The notes under the pieces are model-generated. The model was not told the DNA's origin. It did no database searches and saw only the letters and a list, made by a program, of their open reading frames with translations. From NCBI GenBank assembly GCA_951406725.2, contig OX597828.1, forward strand, positions 71,734,001-71,798,000: a DNA stretch of 64,000 nucleotides, written 5' to 3'. A program made the position numbers and the translations under genes. The DNA is from Octopus vulgaris (taxonomy: Eukaryota). Positions 14,252 to 28,029 of the stretch are shown here, piece by piece (position 1 is the stretch's first letter; every line of letters starts with the position of its first letter).

Positions 14252-14706
14252 AATATGTAAACAAATAACGAACAAGACATTAATTCCATCTCCGTTAATT
14301 AGTCTATTGATGTTTCTGATAAATATGTGTTGTTCAATTAACAGGTGTCAATAGATAAACAATTCTATCTGTTGATGAGGTTTATGCCAATGTGTGTGGG
14401 TGTGTGTGGGATTTGAAGTGCGGTACGATAAAAGATGTGTGTGGGTGTGTTTCTTTTTGACTATGATGAGAATGTCAAAGGTAAGAGAGATAATAACACG
14501 GAAGAAATTGAGTCACGTTGAGGGGTGGGGTGGGGTGGAGAAAAAAGGGTGTGTGTGTGGGTGTAGTTTAGATAGAGTTATGGGTAGATAAGTAGATAGG
14601 TAAGCTGATACATGAATAGGTAGATAGACAGATAGATATACGCATATAGATACATGCATGCATATACACATACATACACACTCACACACACAAATATATA
14701 TATATT

Positions 14707-15578
<872 letters not shown>

Positions 15579-15581
15579 CAT

Positions 15582-16525
15582 ATACAAAAGTCTCGCAGAA
15601 AATACAGAACCCCAGCAATGTTGCACACCTGCAGCAGGAGTTGGAGTCAATCTACAGATGGGCTGAGGATAATAATATGCAGTTTAATGCTGAAAAATTC
15701 CAGGACCTGCACTACCAGCATCCAAAACTGAATATTAAACTTACAGGATACACCGGTCCACAAGGAATTTCAATCCCAGAGTCTAAGTCTGTGAGGGACC
15801 TGGGTATCAACATGAGTGATGATACCTCTTTCCAAGTGCACATTACCAGGATGGCGACAAAGTGCAGACGACTGGTTGGATGGATCCTAAGAACATTCAG
15901 AACCAGAGATAAGGAAACCATGATGGTCCTCAGCCGCCTGGATTACTGCTCACAGCTATGGTCACCTATCAGTGTAAAATTAACAGCGGACCTTGAAGCA
16001 ATCCAGAGAAGATTCACAAAGATCGTCTCTTTGGAACAGCTCAGCTACTGGGAAAGGTTGAAACAGCTAAGACTCTACTCCTTAGAGAGAAGACGGGAGA
16101 GGTATGCAGTAATATATGTCTGGAATATCCTGGAAGGAATTGTGCCAAATTTTGGCATTGTAAGCTACACCAATGCTAGAACGGGAGGACACTGCATAGT
16201 GCCAAAGATCCCAGCAATGCGATCACGCTTCAGGACCAGCTTCTGCAACAGCCTGGGTTTCAAGGACCCACAGCTTTTTAATATTCTCCCAAAGAGTCTG
16301 AGGAACTTGCACAAAGTAGATGTAGCAGTTTTTAAATCAAAGCTGGACATCTTCCTGTCGAGAGTTCCAGATGAACCTACCTCACGGCAAGAGGTGCAAA
16401 TGAGAGTAGCTATGTCAAACTCCATGCTTCACCAAGTGCCACATATTAGAGGAGGTTCTTCATAGTAGCAGTGTAGCACAAAACGGCGGTGCATCAGCAT
16501 GGTCGCAGCTCTGAGCTGAAACAAG

Positions 16526-16528
<3 letters not shown>
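15582..16528 (+). mobile_element. 5'-truncated CR1/L2-group LINE (RT C-terminal part and thumb, short 3' UTR) inserted in (TA)n
   Basis: Open frame to 16465: [103 protein letters not shown]. Confidence 0.9.
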
Positions 16529-16589
<61 letters not shown>

Positions 16590-16849
16590 AGTTCCATATT
16601 ATGAAGTTTCTGATTATGTATTCGTCTGTATATTCTCTGAAGAAAGGATGACACTCCGAAACGTCATATTTTTCAGTGTCCCTTACTGGTCAACTAACCA
16701 CTGTATTTCATTTACGACAACTTTGTGTTTAATGAGCAACATAAAACATTATAGACATTAACAAGGAACCGATAGTATAGAAGGCCTGGGACAGGGCGCG
16801 AACTACGCATCTGTCGCATTCCGATCAATGACACTGCAAGGTTATTGAG

Positions 16850-17450
16850 TGCCTGAGGTTTCTTTCTCTGTCTCTCTGTGTGTCTTTCAGTGTGCCTCTC
16901 TCTATATGTCTCTCTCTATATGCCTCTCTCTGTATGTGCCTCTCTCTCTCTCTCTCTCTCTCTCTGTGCCTCTCTCTCTCTGTGCCCCTCTCTCTCTCTG
17001 TGCCTCTCTCTCTATGCCCCTCTCTTCCTGTGCTTCTCTCTATGCCTCTCTCTTTCTGTGCCTCTCTCTCTATCTCTCTCTCTCTCTCTCTCTGTCTCTC
17101 TGTGCCCCTCTCTCTGTGCCTCTTTCTCTCTCTGTGCTTCTCTCTCTGTGCCTTTCTCTCTCTCTCTCTGTGCCCCTCTCTCTCTCTGTGCCTCTCTCTC
17201 TCTCTCTGTGCCCCTCTCTCTCTCTGTGCCTCTCTCTCTGTGCCCCTCTCTCCCTGTGCCTCTCTCTCTGTGCCTCTCTCTTTCTGTGCCTCTCTCTCTC
17301 CCTCGCTCTCGCTCTGTCTCTCTGTGCCTCTTTCTCTGTGCTTCTCTCTGTCTGCCTTTCTCTCTCTCTGTGCCTCTCTCTCTCTCTCTCTGTGCCTCAT
17401 TCTCTCTACTGTGCCTCTCTCTCTCTCTGCCTCTCTTTCCCTCTCACACT
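16850..17450. repeat. Compound (CT)n-GTGC pyrimidine-rich satellite
   Basis: Repeated ctctctct(ct)gtgc(c) units. Confidence 0.9.
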
Positions 17451-17540
17451 TTCTCTCCGATAAATTACTGCACAAAAGTATTATAGTGACAAAGTAACAA
17501 TTCTACCTTCATAAATATTTCTTTTATTATCTCAAGCTAG

Positions 17541-17584
<44 letters not shown>

Positions 17585-17587
17585 ATG

Positions 17588-17619
<32 letters not shown>

Positions 17620-17642
17620 CATATACATATAATATATATAAT

Positions 17643-17689
<47 letters not shown>

Positions 17690-17756
17690 ATATATATAAT
17701 ATATATACACATACACACATATATACATATATAATATATAATATATATATACACAC

Positions 17757-17794
<38 letters not shown>

Positions 17795-18169
17795 GTATAT
17801 GATACATACATACACACACACACACAAACATATATATACGTGTATGTGTGTGTTTAAATATAAATATATATTTGTATTTACACGTATTATGCGTGTATGT
17901 ATCTGTACAGACACACACACACACACAGACAGAGGCTGGGAGTAAAGGAGATTTATGTGTGCGGTTCGACACGGAGGGATGGACGTATAACTGTTGATCA
18001 TTTGGTAAATTTAAGAAAGAGAGAAGTGGGGGCCATTTTAGGATGGCGGAGGAGGGAGCAGTGACGTGAAATGGGACGGAGGGGTGAAGTGGGTCGTGGT
18101 GGGGGAAGGGAGGGGGGGCAATAACTGTCAGGTCCTTTTCGGACCGAGAGTAATCTTAGCAATATCATT

Positions 18170-18183
18170 GTTACCATAGCAAC
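18170..18183. promoter_or_regulatory. RFX X-box-like motif
   Basis: gttaccatagcaac matches GTTRCCATRGYAAC and lies in a G-rich unique stretch with YY1-like aggatggcgg and aagatggcgg. Confidence 0.4.
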
Positions 18184-18752
18184 GCTACGATAAAAATAGT
18201 TCGATGTGATAATAAATTATGGTAAGGAGTGAGAGAGGTTGTGTGGTGGTTGTGGTGGTTGTGGTTGTGGTGGTGGTGGTGGTGGTGGTGGTGGTTGTGG
18301 TGGGGCTGTTGAAAAATTTAACGAGACTTCGGTCAAGTGGAAAGATAGAAGAGATGATAAGAAACATTTTTTTAGGGATGTTCACGGATGGAAGTAATTA
18401 ATGAGTTACATAAATACAAAACTGGAAAAACAAGAGAGATATATCTTCTGTTAAAATAGAAGATATATGATGGAGCGGAATAAATAATTGCTGAGAGATA
18501 AGAACGATAAATAGATTATAAGGAAGATGGCGGGGCGAAATCTAGAAGGAAAATATTTCATTTGGTTTTTGTCGGCGACCATGATATTTCAGTTGGTCGG
18601 TCGGAGAAACAACCAGATTAATTAATTTTGTGTGTAAGTAGCTGAATACTCCACAGATTCCAGTCTTGTGTACTCTTAAATGTAAGTCTAAAGCCGAATC
18701 AGAATGTGACAGAATGTGTGAGAAGGTCGACGCTTTCGAATTACGATGGTGC

Positions 18753-18984
18753 CTATTTCTTTATTACCCACAAGGGGCTAAACATAGAGAGGACAAACAA
18801 GGACAGACATAGGTATTAAGTCGATTACATCGACCCCAGTGCGGAACTGGTACTTAATTTATCGACACCGAAAGGATGAAAGGCAAAGTCAACCTCGGCG
18901 GAATTTGAACTCACAACGTAACGGCAGACGAAATACCGCGAAGTATTTCATCCGGCGTGCTAACGTTTCTGCCAGCTCGCCGCC
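18753..18984 (-). mobile_element. Full-length SINE family A with target-site duplication
   Basis: TSD ctttcgaattacgatggt on both sides. Confidence 0.9.
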
Positions 18985-19319
18985 TTTCGAATTACGATGG
19001 TACCGCCAGGATGTGACTTGAAGCTGCATTCGCTGATGGAGTTCTGGTTGGGGAGCTCCAGAGTTTCGAGAAGCTGTGGTACCTTTTATTAGCCCTGCCC
19101 CCACTCCGGGTCAACTCTGACTCGCAGTAGGATGAGTAACATCTGTTAGGGTCCCAACTATGGATTAATTAGCATGTCACGGAATTCCCTCCGTAAGGAG
19201 GTTCACTCACGCACATCTCAGTGAGCCCAGGGTAAAAGAGGCCCTTCAGTTCTTCAGCCGTCCATCTAAGAAAAGTTAACTTCATGCAACCACTGGGCTC
19301 ATGGTACTTGATGCATCAA

Positions 19320-19552
19320 AAGGCAGCGAGCTGGCTGAAGCATTAGCACGCCGGGCGAAATGCTTAGCAGTATTTCCTCTGCCGCTACGTTCTGAGTTCA
19401 AATTCCGCCAAGGTCAACTTTGCCTTTCATCATTTCGGGGTCGATTAAATTAGTACCAGTTACGCACTGGGGTCGATATAATCGACTTAATCCGTTTGTC
19501 TGTCCTTGTTTGTCCTCTCTGTGTTTAGCCCCTTGTGGGTAGTAAAGAAATA
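19320..19552 (+). mobile_element. Full-length SINE family A with target-site duplication
   Basis: TSD ggtacttgatgca on both sides. Confidence 0.9.
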
Positions 19553-20027
19553 GGTACTTGATGCACCTAACCAATACAAGTTTGAAGGACGTGAGAGCCG
19601 GACTGTCAGCACTGGATTAACTATTGCCCACTCTAATAATATTTATCGTTCAGATTGATTAGCAAACCGAGACACCAACACGCAGCTGGGTCCTGCTGAA
19701 CTGTCATTCGTCGAAGTGACGAGAAAGTTCACCATAAAAATGGGCTTCTGCACAATTTCCATTTCCCACAAATCATTCACACAATATAGGTCAACACGAA
19801 GTTATGTTTTGCCCAAGATGTCACGCAACAGAATCGAAAGCAGAACATCATGGTTACACAGGAGACATCTTAAACATTTATTTATTTTGGTTTTGTGAAA
19901 AAATGTGCTTTAGCCACAAATTCGCCTGGATCGAGTAGATCAATGAAAACAGTCGTTCCATCCGTGTCCATTTCGTCTTTTTATTCTCGATGTTGCAAAA
20001 TATCGGGTAGCGAAGTATAGAAATCGC

Positions 20028-20104
<77 letters not shown>

Positions 20105-20446
20105 AGCTGGAATCTAGGGAGACCAGTTAGTTTCTGAAACGGTGAGAAACAGTGAATAAAATTGATAAAATAAGTTTATATTCTGTGAAGGAAAGGTAAG
20201 ATCTGATGGTTAGGAGAAAGTTCCTATCAATTACTTGTTAATTACGCGTTAATAACGTGTGTAGTGATGAGAAGAGATAGTTTAGAAGCTTCGAGAAAAG
20301 GTAAAAAATGGTGTGCAGAGAGGAACGGTCAACGCTATCCACGATAATAGTCAGACTCGTCTCCCTGCAAAACATTGCCCCCCACCCCACACTGCCCTAT
20401 CCTGAATACCCTATCCTATATCCCCTATTCTACATCCCACCCCCTG

Positions 20447-20687
20447 TGTCTTAGACACCACTCTAATCACATGGTCATCCCAAACACTCAAGTTCCTTAT
20501 TCCTTAGAAAATTCTACAAATTAACTATGCTTTTGTGATTCAACTTTCATCTGTAATCTCCCACAACAAAGCCGGGGTTTCCGCCTTTAAAATTCCTCTC
20601 AGCGTTTAGGAAACTTATATTATGCCATTAAAATACAGGTACGTGGCATTATATTCCTTCAGTTCCCATTACAACATCCTTTCTCTA
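20447..20687 (+). repeat. Unclassified interspersed repeat, copy 2
   Basis: Inverted homolog of 7665-7900. Confidence 0.75.
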
Positions 20688-21545
20688 ATATTATACGGTG
20701 AACAAATATTGAAATGCGTTGTGTCTTACAGCAAACCATTCGCTCTTGCGCTCTCTCTTTAAGAACCAAAAATGGTTGCCGAAAGGCGAATTATTCTAAT
20801 CCATTAATCCTCCTTGTTAAACAATACAAAGCGATTTTAGCTCTCAAGCTCTAAGTTATTCAAATGTGGAATTATATTTTACCATTCCTTGTTAAATCCT
20901 TTATCCATTGTTTGCCGTATATATAAAAGCAAAAACGTTTCATGTATGAAGCTACGAAAACCAAGGAAATTTAGTATTACCAATACCAATGCATAGAAAT
21001 ACCAATACATCTAGTAATGTGTCTTGCTATAATCCCCATTCGAAAGCTTAAAACATCTCCGAACATGGTCGTACATCTAAAACCATGGCATTTATAGCTC
21101 TAATCCATAGTACACGACTGTGAATTCTTGGTTATTCTTAAGACTTACATCTTCCAATTTTCGAGGTTATCCAAAACAATAAACCCAGCATTTGTATTCT
21201 TATTCTCCCAAAACATTTTAGAAATTAACAGAGATTTTTATTTGATTCTTAACTGTAATCTACCAGAATACATTCGAGGTTTCTTTCTTTCTGCCTAATC
21301 TCAAATGACAGATTTAGATTTCTGTAACAACATGCAACAATCGCAGACATTCTGTGGATTCTTATGGATCTCACCATTATTAATGGCTGCCTATCGTTTG
21401 TTCGACGTTAAAGATTATTATTTTTCAATGCTGTGACAGTCTTTAGTGTTTCGGACTTGTTTTACATACAAACCCTTCCGGAGTCAATGTTATCGTTGAT
21501 ACAATTTAAAGTGTTATCTGTTCACCATGGACAGTAGGCGATTCA

Positions 21546-21854
21546 CAGGGGTCGGCGAACCTGGGTAAATTACCACAAGTAGGGTAAAAATGAAATTCTT
21601 GGGGGTAATGAGGACTAATTAGACATAAGTAAAATTACATAAAAAATGTGTTCCTTATTATGACAGAATTTTTTCTCCTGGCAACACTGTATCTGTCCAA
21701 TGTAATGGACGAAGAAATAGATTCGTATAAAAAGATTCAATAAACGTTTTGAATTCAAAGAATCGATGATTTTCTTCCTTTCAAAACAAGGGGGTAACGT
21801 GGCGTAAATAAATATATTTTGGGGTAATTGATTAAAAATGTTCCTCGTTCCCTG
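21546..21854. mobile_element. Probable hAT-like MITE
   Basis: Ends caggggtcggcgaac and gttcctcgttccctg form imperfect TIRs, with repeated subterminal ggggtaa. No clear 8-bp TSD. Confidence 0.5.
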
Positions 21855-21938
21855 AACTAAACCCTTTCGTGAGGTAACGAGGGAGTCTCTACGTAGTTAA
21901 TGAGTGCGAGCCTGTATGTGTGTATGCCATTGCTCTGA

Positions 21939-22170
21939 AGGCGGCGAGCTGGCAAACTCGTTAGCGCGCCGGGCGAAATGCTTAGCGGTATTTCGTCTGT
22001 CGTTATGTTCTGAGTTCAAATTCCGCCGAGGTCGACTTTGCCTTTCATCCTTTCGGGGTCGATAAATAAAATACCAGTTTCGCACTGGGGTCGATGTAAT
22101 CGACTTAATCCTTTTGTCTGTCCTTGTTTGTCCCCTCTATGTTTAGCCCCTTGTGGGTAGTAAAGAAATA
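21939..22170 (+). mobile_element. Full-length SINE family A
   Basis: Complete from ggcggcgagctggc to gtgggtagtaaagaaata. Confidence 0.9.
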
Positions 22171-22564
22171 TATATATTGTGTGTGAGTATAATCTATACA
22201 CACACATATATAGCTGTGTGTGTATTTTCCAAGAGAACGATGTTAAGGATCCTTGTGATGCTTCAGGATTCTTCATTGCGCACCAATTCGATGAGATTTA
22301 GCGGTTGGGAGTAAGCGGGCTTTGTTCTGCCATTCCCCAGCATCCTCAGGCTTTAGAAAACCAAAAAAAAAAAACCTTCTTATTACATAGCCCTGCGTAT
22401 TCATGAAGGAAATAAACACAAATGCAAATTTATAGCCTAGACCTGTTAGAAATAGCAGTCACATCTTATCGCCCTCAAACGACATCCTTTCATTTTAAAA
22501 TGTAATGGACATATTAGACAATGTAACCCTCCAAGGTAAGCTGTACTCGAAGATGAATTGACTA

Positions 22565-23050
22565 GCTGGTACTCCGTCGGTTACGACGACGATCATTCCT
22601 AATGATCCGATCAATGGAAGACTCTACCCATGAAATTAATGTGCAAGCGACTGAGTACTCCACAGACATGCGTACCCCTTAAAGTAGTCCTCAGAGAGGC
22701 TCAGCATGACACACAGAATGTGACAAGGCTGTCCCCTTTTGAATTACAGGTACTACTCATTTTTGCCGGCTGAATAGACTGGGGCAACATGAAATAGAGT
22801 GTCTTGCTCAAGAGTACAATGTATCACCGGGAATGTGTGTGTTGATGCCTTTGCGTGTGCTTCTATTTGCTACCCACGCCGATTGACGATCGGTGTTGGT
22901 TTGTTTACGTTTCCGTAACTTAGCTTTTCGGCAAAACAGACCAACAGAGTAAGTACAAAAAACACAAATAAGTGCTGGGGTCAATTTTTTCGACAAGCGC
23001 CTTCGAGGCGGTGCCCCAGCATGGCCACGATCCACTGACATAAACAATTT
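22565..23050. mobile_element. SINE family C (minus, 22565-22830) joined to the 3' half of family B (plus, 22840-23050)
   Basis: Family-diagnostic cores. Confidence 0.8.
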
Positions 23051-23143
23051 AATACACACACACACACACACTCTCTGTGACGCATACAAGCAAACAGACA
23101 GACAGACAGACACACACATGCTACATATATATCAAATGGTCTG

Positions 23144-23180
<37 letters not shown>

Positions 23181-23183
<3 letters not shown>

Positions 23184-23301
23184 AAAATCCAAAATGGGAC
23201 AAGAACGCAAAACATCCAAATAAACGATACCAAAAACACGGACGGGTCATTCGAAGCCTCTAATCTTCAGTCAAGAACCGGATCATCCTCGCAATTTCGG
23301 C
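23181..23301. repeat. TA-embedded repeat fragment (homolog at 35247-35395, inverted); possibly Penelope pLTR-derived
   Basis: Shares aaaatgggacaagaacgcaaaacatcc, ggacgggtcattcgaag and cctcgcaatttcg with the second copy. Both sit inside (TA)n. Confidence 0.6.
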
Positions 23302-23332
<31 letters not shown>

Positions 23333-23355
23333 AATTTGTTTTAAATCTCTGAGCG

Positions 23356-23419
<64 letters not shown>

Positions 23420-23497
23420 TATATATATATACATACATATGTGTGTGTGTGTAAATATGTATCTGTCTATCTGTCTATCCGTCCCTCCCTCTCTCTC

Positions 23498-23626
<129 letters not shown>

Positions 23627-23741
23627 ATGCCCACATACACATGTATGCATACATACACACACCATAGCACTAGTAAACAGAGAAACCAATACGAGCAGCA
23701 GCAGCAGCAGCAGCAACGACACAAGCCAATATAAATAGCTG

Positions 23742-23772
<31 letters not shown>

Positions 23773-24183
23773 CTTCTTCTTCTTCTTCTTCTTCTTCTTC
23801 TTCTTCTTCTCCCCATCCTCCTCCTCCTCCCCCTCCACCACCTCCTCTTCTCAACAGGGAGCGGACGCTCTCACATTCGTCTGCGCCCTCAAAGTTACGT
23901 TAGTTATTTATAGTGAAGTTAGTGTTACATATTTAATGTAGGGTGGATTAAAAAACGAACAGTAGATTGACTCCGTGATAAAAACAACCAAACAGTCACG
24001 GATTCTGGAATAATTGTGGAATGCTAGAATCGCAGAATTACAGAAAAATTAAGAGCCCTTTACTACTTGACGCTAACATCATTGGTGAAGGGTAAACAAA
24101 ATACTATGTCGTAAGGGAGTGGAAAGTAACCATGACTTGCTATGGCATTGTGGATGTGTGTATATATATATATATATATTTAT

Positions 24184-24232
<49 letters not shown>

Positions 24233-24283
24233 GAGACAGAGAGAGAGAGAAAGGGAGAGAGATACATACATACAGACGTACAT

Positions 24284-24385
<102 letters not shown>

Positions 24386-24613
24386 ATATATATGTGTATG
24401 TGTGTATGTGTGTATGTGTGTGTTTGTAAGTATACATACCGTACATATATAAAATTTCCATGTATAAAAGTGCTCAATGCTTAGAAAGAAGTTAATAGTA
24501 AGACAAGGCTGCAAAACCTTATATCTATCCTCTGCTGTATGTGTACACACACACATACACATCTCTAAATATCTGTGTACGTGTGTGTGTGTGTATTTAT
24601 ATGTATATGTATA

Positions 24614-24696
<83 letters not shown>

Positions 24697-24861
24697 TGAA
24701 GTATTTGTAAATCAGGAGGAAGAGAGCTGCATGGTGTATTAAGTTAATGTCGACAGAAAGACGAAGTGAGTTATAGAGACCATAGAAATAGATGGAGAAA
24801 GATAGAGATGTGGAGGCCTATATATATACATTTGTGTGAGTGGTGATTGAGAAGAAAGAAG

Positions 24862-24957
<96 letters not shown>

Positions 24958-25283
24958 ATAACGGCAGACACTTTGGCCGAAAAGCAATGATGTATAATGT
25001 TCGTCATTGAATTCCGTGTTGTATTGAGAATGATAGGAGCAGACGATGGTATTATTTCATTGAAGGAGGAAGAGAGGTAAGAGAGAGACAGATAGCGTGA
25101 TGGCGGCGGTGACGGAGTGATGGTGTCGGTGGTGTTGGCGCAATGGCGATGGCGGTTAAAAGATATAGATCAATATATATAGAGAGATGTCAATGATTAT
25201 AGTAAGATTTGACGAAGTGTGGTGTTTCAGCCATGTGTGAAGCTGTAGCAGTGAACAAGGGAAGCTTGATTCATCCGTTTCGT

Positions 25284-25345
<62 letters not shown>

Positions 25346-25529
25346 ACACACACATACACTCTTCGACACCACACTGCAGCACACCGTATTGCAACCATTC
25401 CTCCTCTTACTTCGGCATTATTCCTCACTAACGCTACTAATACAACCATAACCGCTACTACTACGACTACTGCCACTAGCACCGCCATCATCACCATCAC
25501 TATTACAATCGCTAATACCACCAACATGA

Positions 25530-25702
25530 TTTCTACCACCACCACCACCACCACCACCACCATCACCACCACCACCACCACCACCACCATCACCACCACC
25601 CCACCACCACCACCACCACCACCACCACCACCACCACCACCACCACCACCACCACCACCACCACCACCACCACCACCACCACCACCACCACCACCACCAC
25701 CA
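25530..25702. repeat. (CAC)n microsatellite
   Basis: Direct inspection. Confidence 0.95.
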
Positions 25703-25824
25703 TCGATTCATAAACGTCTCTGTGACAACAGCTTCCTCTCCGCTAACATACATACATATACATTCCTACATATATGTAATATATACGTACTTATATGCAT
25801 ACATACATACATACATACATACAC

Positions 25825-25857
<33 letters not shown>

Positions 25858-26036
25858 TGTACATTAATACACGAACATACTCATATACATCTCTACCTTT
25901 TCTTCTTCACTCGTTTCTATTTCATCTTATATAATATATATAGATTTATTTGTATGTATGTATCTATGTGTGTTTAAATATATTTATATACCTATGTGTG
26001 TATGTATACATAAATGTATGTGTGTGTGCGTATGAA

Positions 26037-26081
<45 letters not shown>

Positions 26082-27145
26082 GCATATACCTACATATATA
26101 TATATAGACACACACATACACTTATATACTTTCTCTTCTACTTTCACTTTCTCTCCCCTTCCCCCTCTCCCCGTTCCTCTCATATACATCCTCACTTTCT
26201 TCTCTTCTTGTTCCTCCTCCTCCTCCTTCCTTCCCTCTCAGTCAAATCGATCTATTTTGCTAAAGCTGCGTGTCTCAATGTGTGTGTGTGTGTGTGAGAA
26301 AGAGAGAGAGAGAGAGTGTGTGTGTGTGTGTGTGTGTATGTGTGTGTGTGTGAAAGAGAGAAACACTGATTAGAGAGAGGGTTGGTTGAAGTGAGAGGCA
26401 CATATTGTTTATAGAGTTAAAGAGTTATAGTTATTATAGACGGAGGGGGAGCGAAATGAGTTGGTTTTATAGAGAGAAGGTAAATAAGAGAGAAAAGGGG
26501 AGGGAAAGAGAGAGAGACTGTTGGTAGAGGAGGTGGAGTGAGAGGAAGATGATTTATATCGAGAGAGGGAGTGAAAAATAAGTGAGAGAACATGAATGTG
26601 AAGCAAAGGATAGTGAAAAGAGAGAGAGAGAAAGAGAAAAAGAAAGAGAGAGAGAGAGGGAGAGAGAAAGGAAGAAATTGAAAGGAAGAGAGAGGGAGAG
26701 GAATTTAGAGAGAGATGGAAAGTAAAAAACAAAATGAGAAAGAGAGGGAAAGAAAGCGAGAGAAAAAGACAGAGAGATGGAGAGAAGAGAGAGAGAGAGA
26801 GAGAAAGGAGAAGGGAAATAAGATGCGAGGATAGGAGAGACAAACTAAGGAAGGCGAGAGAAAAGAGAGTAAGACGCAAATGATAAAAATTACAGGTATT
26901 TGGTGTACCTGTAATCAGCTCCATCAAACCCTGTCCATGGCACCGCCACCTCACCATCCTGTCCCATACCCCGCCCTTCCACAATATCCTTTCCCCCAGG
27001 CCTCCATACCATCACTATGTTAAGGCCTAGTTAGGCAATGTTAAAATGTATATACCCCTTATCTTATTTTGGACTGACGTGGGAGAGAGAGACAATGTTT
27101 TAGGGGATTAATATTTAGCCTGGTGCTGTATGCATGTACGTCCAG

Positions 27146-27190
<45 letters not shown>

Positions 27191-27504
27191 CTTCGTAGTT
27201 TCCTTTAATGTAATGCCAGCTATTTGAAGTCCAGTGTTTAGCTCGACATTCCGTTCCTATGCCCGCTTTGTCTTCTAATCATATTAACCATGTAAAAGCA
27301 GTCCAGATTATTAAAAACACGAGTCCCATAATATTTGAATAATGACAGAAACGAGTTATTGGCGTTTCGAATACATCTAATGATACACGTGTTTCAAAGG
27401 GTAACGTAACGAGTGGTTACGCAGTTATCCACTTACCACGGTCACTTCAAACAAAGAAAATGAATAACGGCGCAACCCCTTATTATGTAACCACTTGAAA
27501 GATG

Positions 27505-27532
<28 letters not shown>

Positions 27533-27544
<12 letters not shown>

Positions 27545-27728
27545 GAAGTAAGGTACTCAGAAATCTGGATGGTTTTACATTTACAGATTTTTATTAATAT
27601 GTCACATGCATTTATAAATCATATATTAGCGCTTGCGTCTACTCTAGTAGAATCTCCAGATTATAAAAACATGTAACATAAAGTAAAACTATCCAGATTT
27701 CCGAGTACCTTATTTCTTCTAATATATA
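27533..27728. mobile_element. Fold-back module (46-bp inverted arms) with a decayed hammerhead-like motif in the spacer
   Basis: 27533-27578 versus 27683-27728. Minus-strand spacer reads CTGGAGA-t-tctact-ag-agtaga-c-GCAA-gcgc-TA. Confidence 0.6.
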
Positions 27729-28029
27729 ATACCTGTACATCACCTCCAAACCTTCTAATATATATATTGTATGTAACAGTTGCCAGGAATGTGTTTCCCT
27801 ATGTAAATTTGTCAATCCAGTTGTGTTATACAGCTAAACTTAGTGGGTATTCAAGCAATGTGTTCTTGGATAGTTGATAGATTGGATGTAGCGCTGACGA
27901 GAGAGCAATGATTCTTGAAATGTGCATATATACCCATTACCTATTTTTTCTATTTTCGATCGCATTGTTTACATAGACATATTCGTTTACGAAATGTCGT
28001 AACTTGCGAGGGTGGCTCTGAATTCTATA

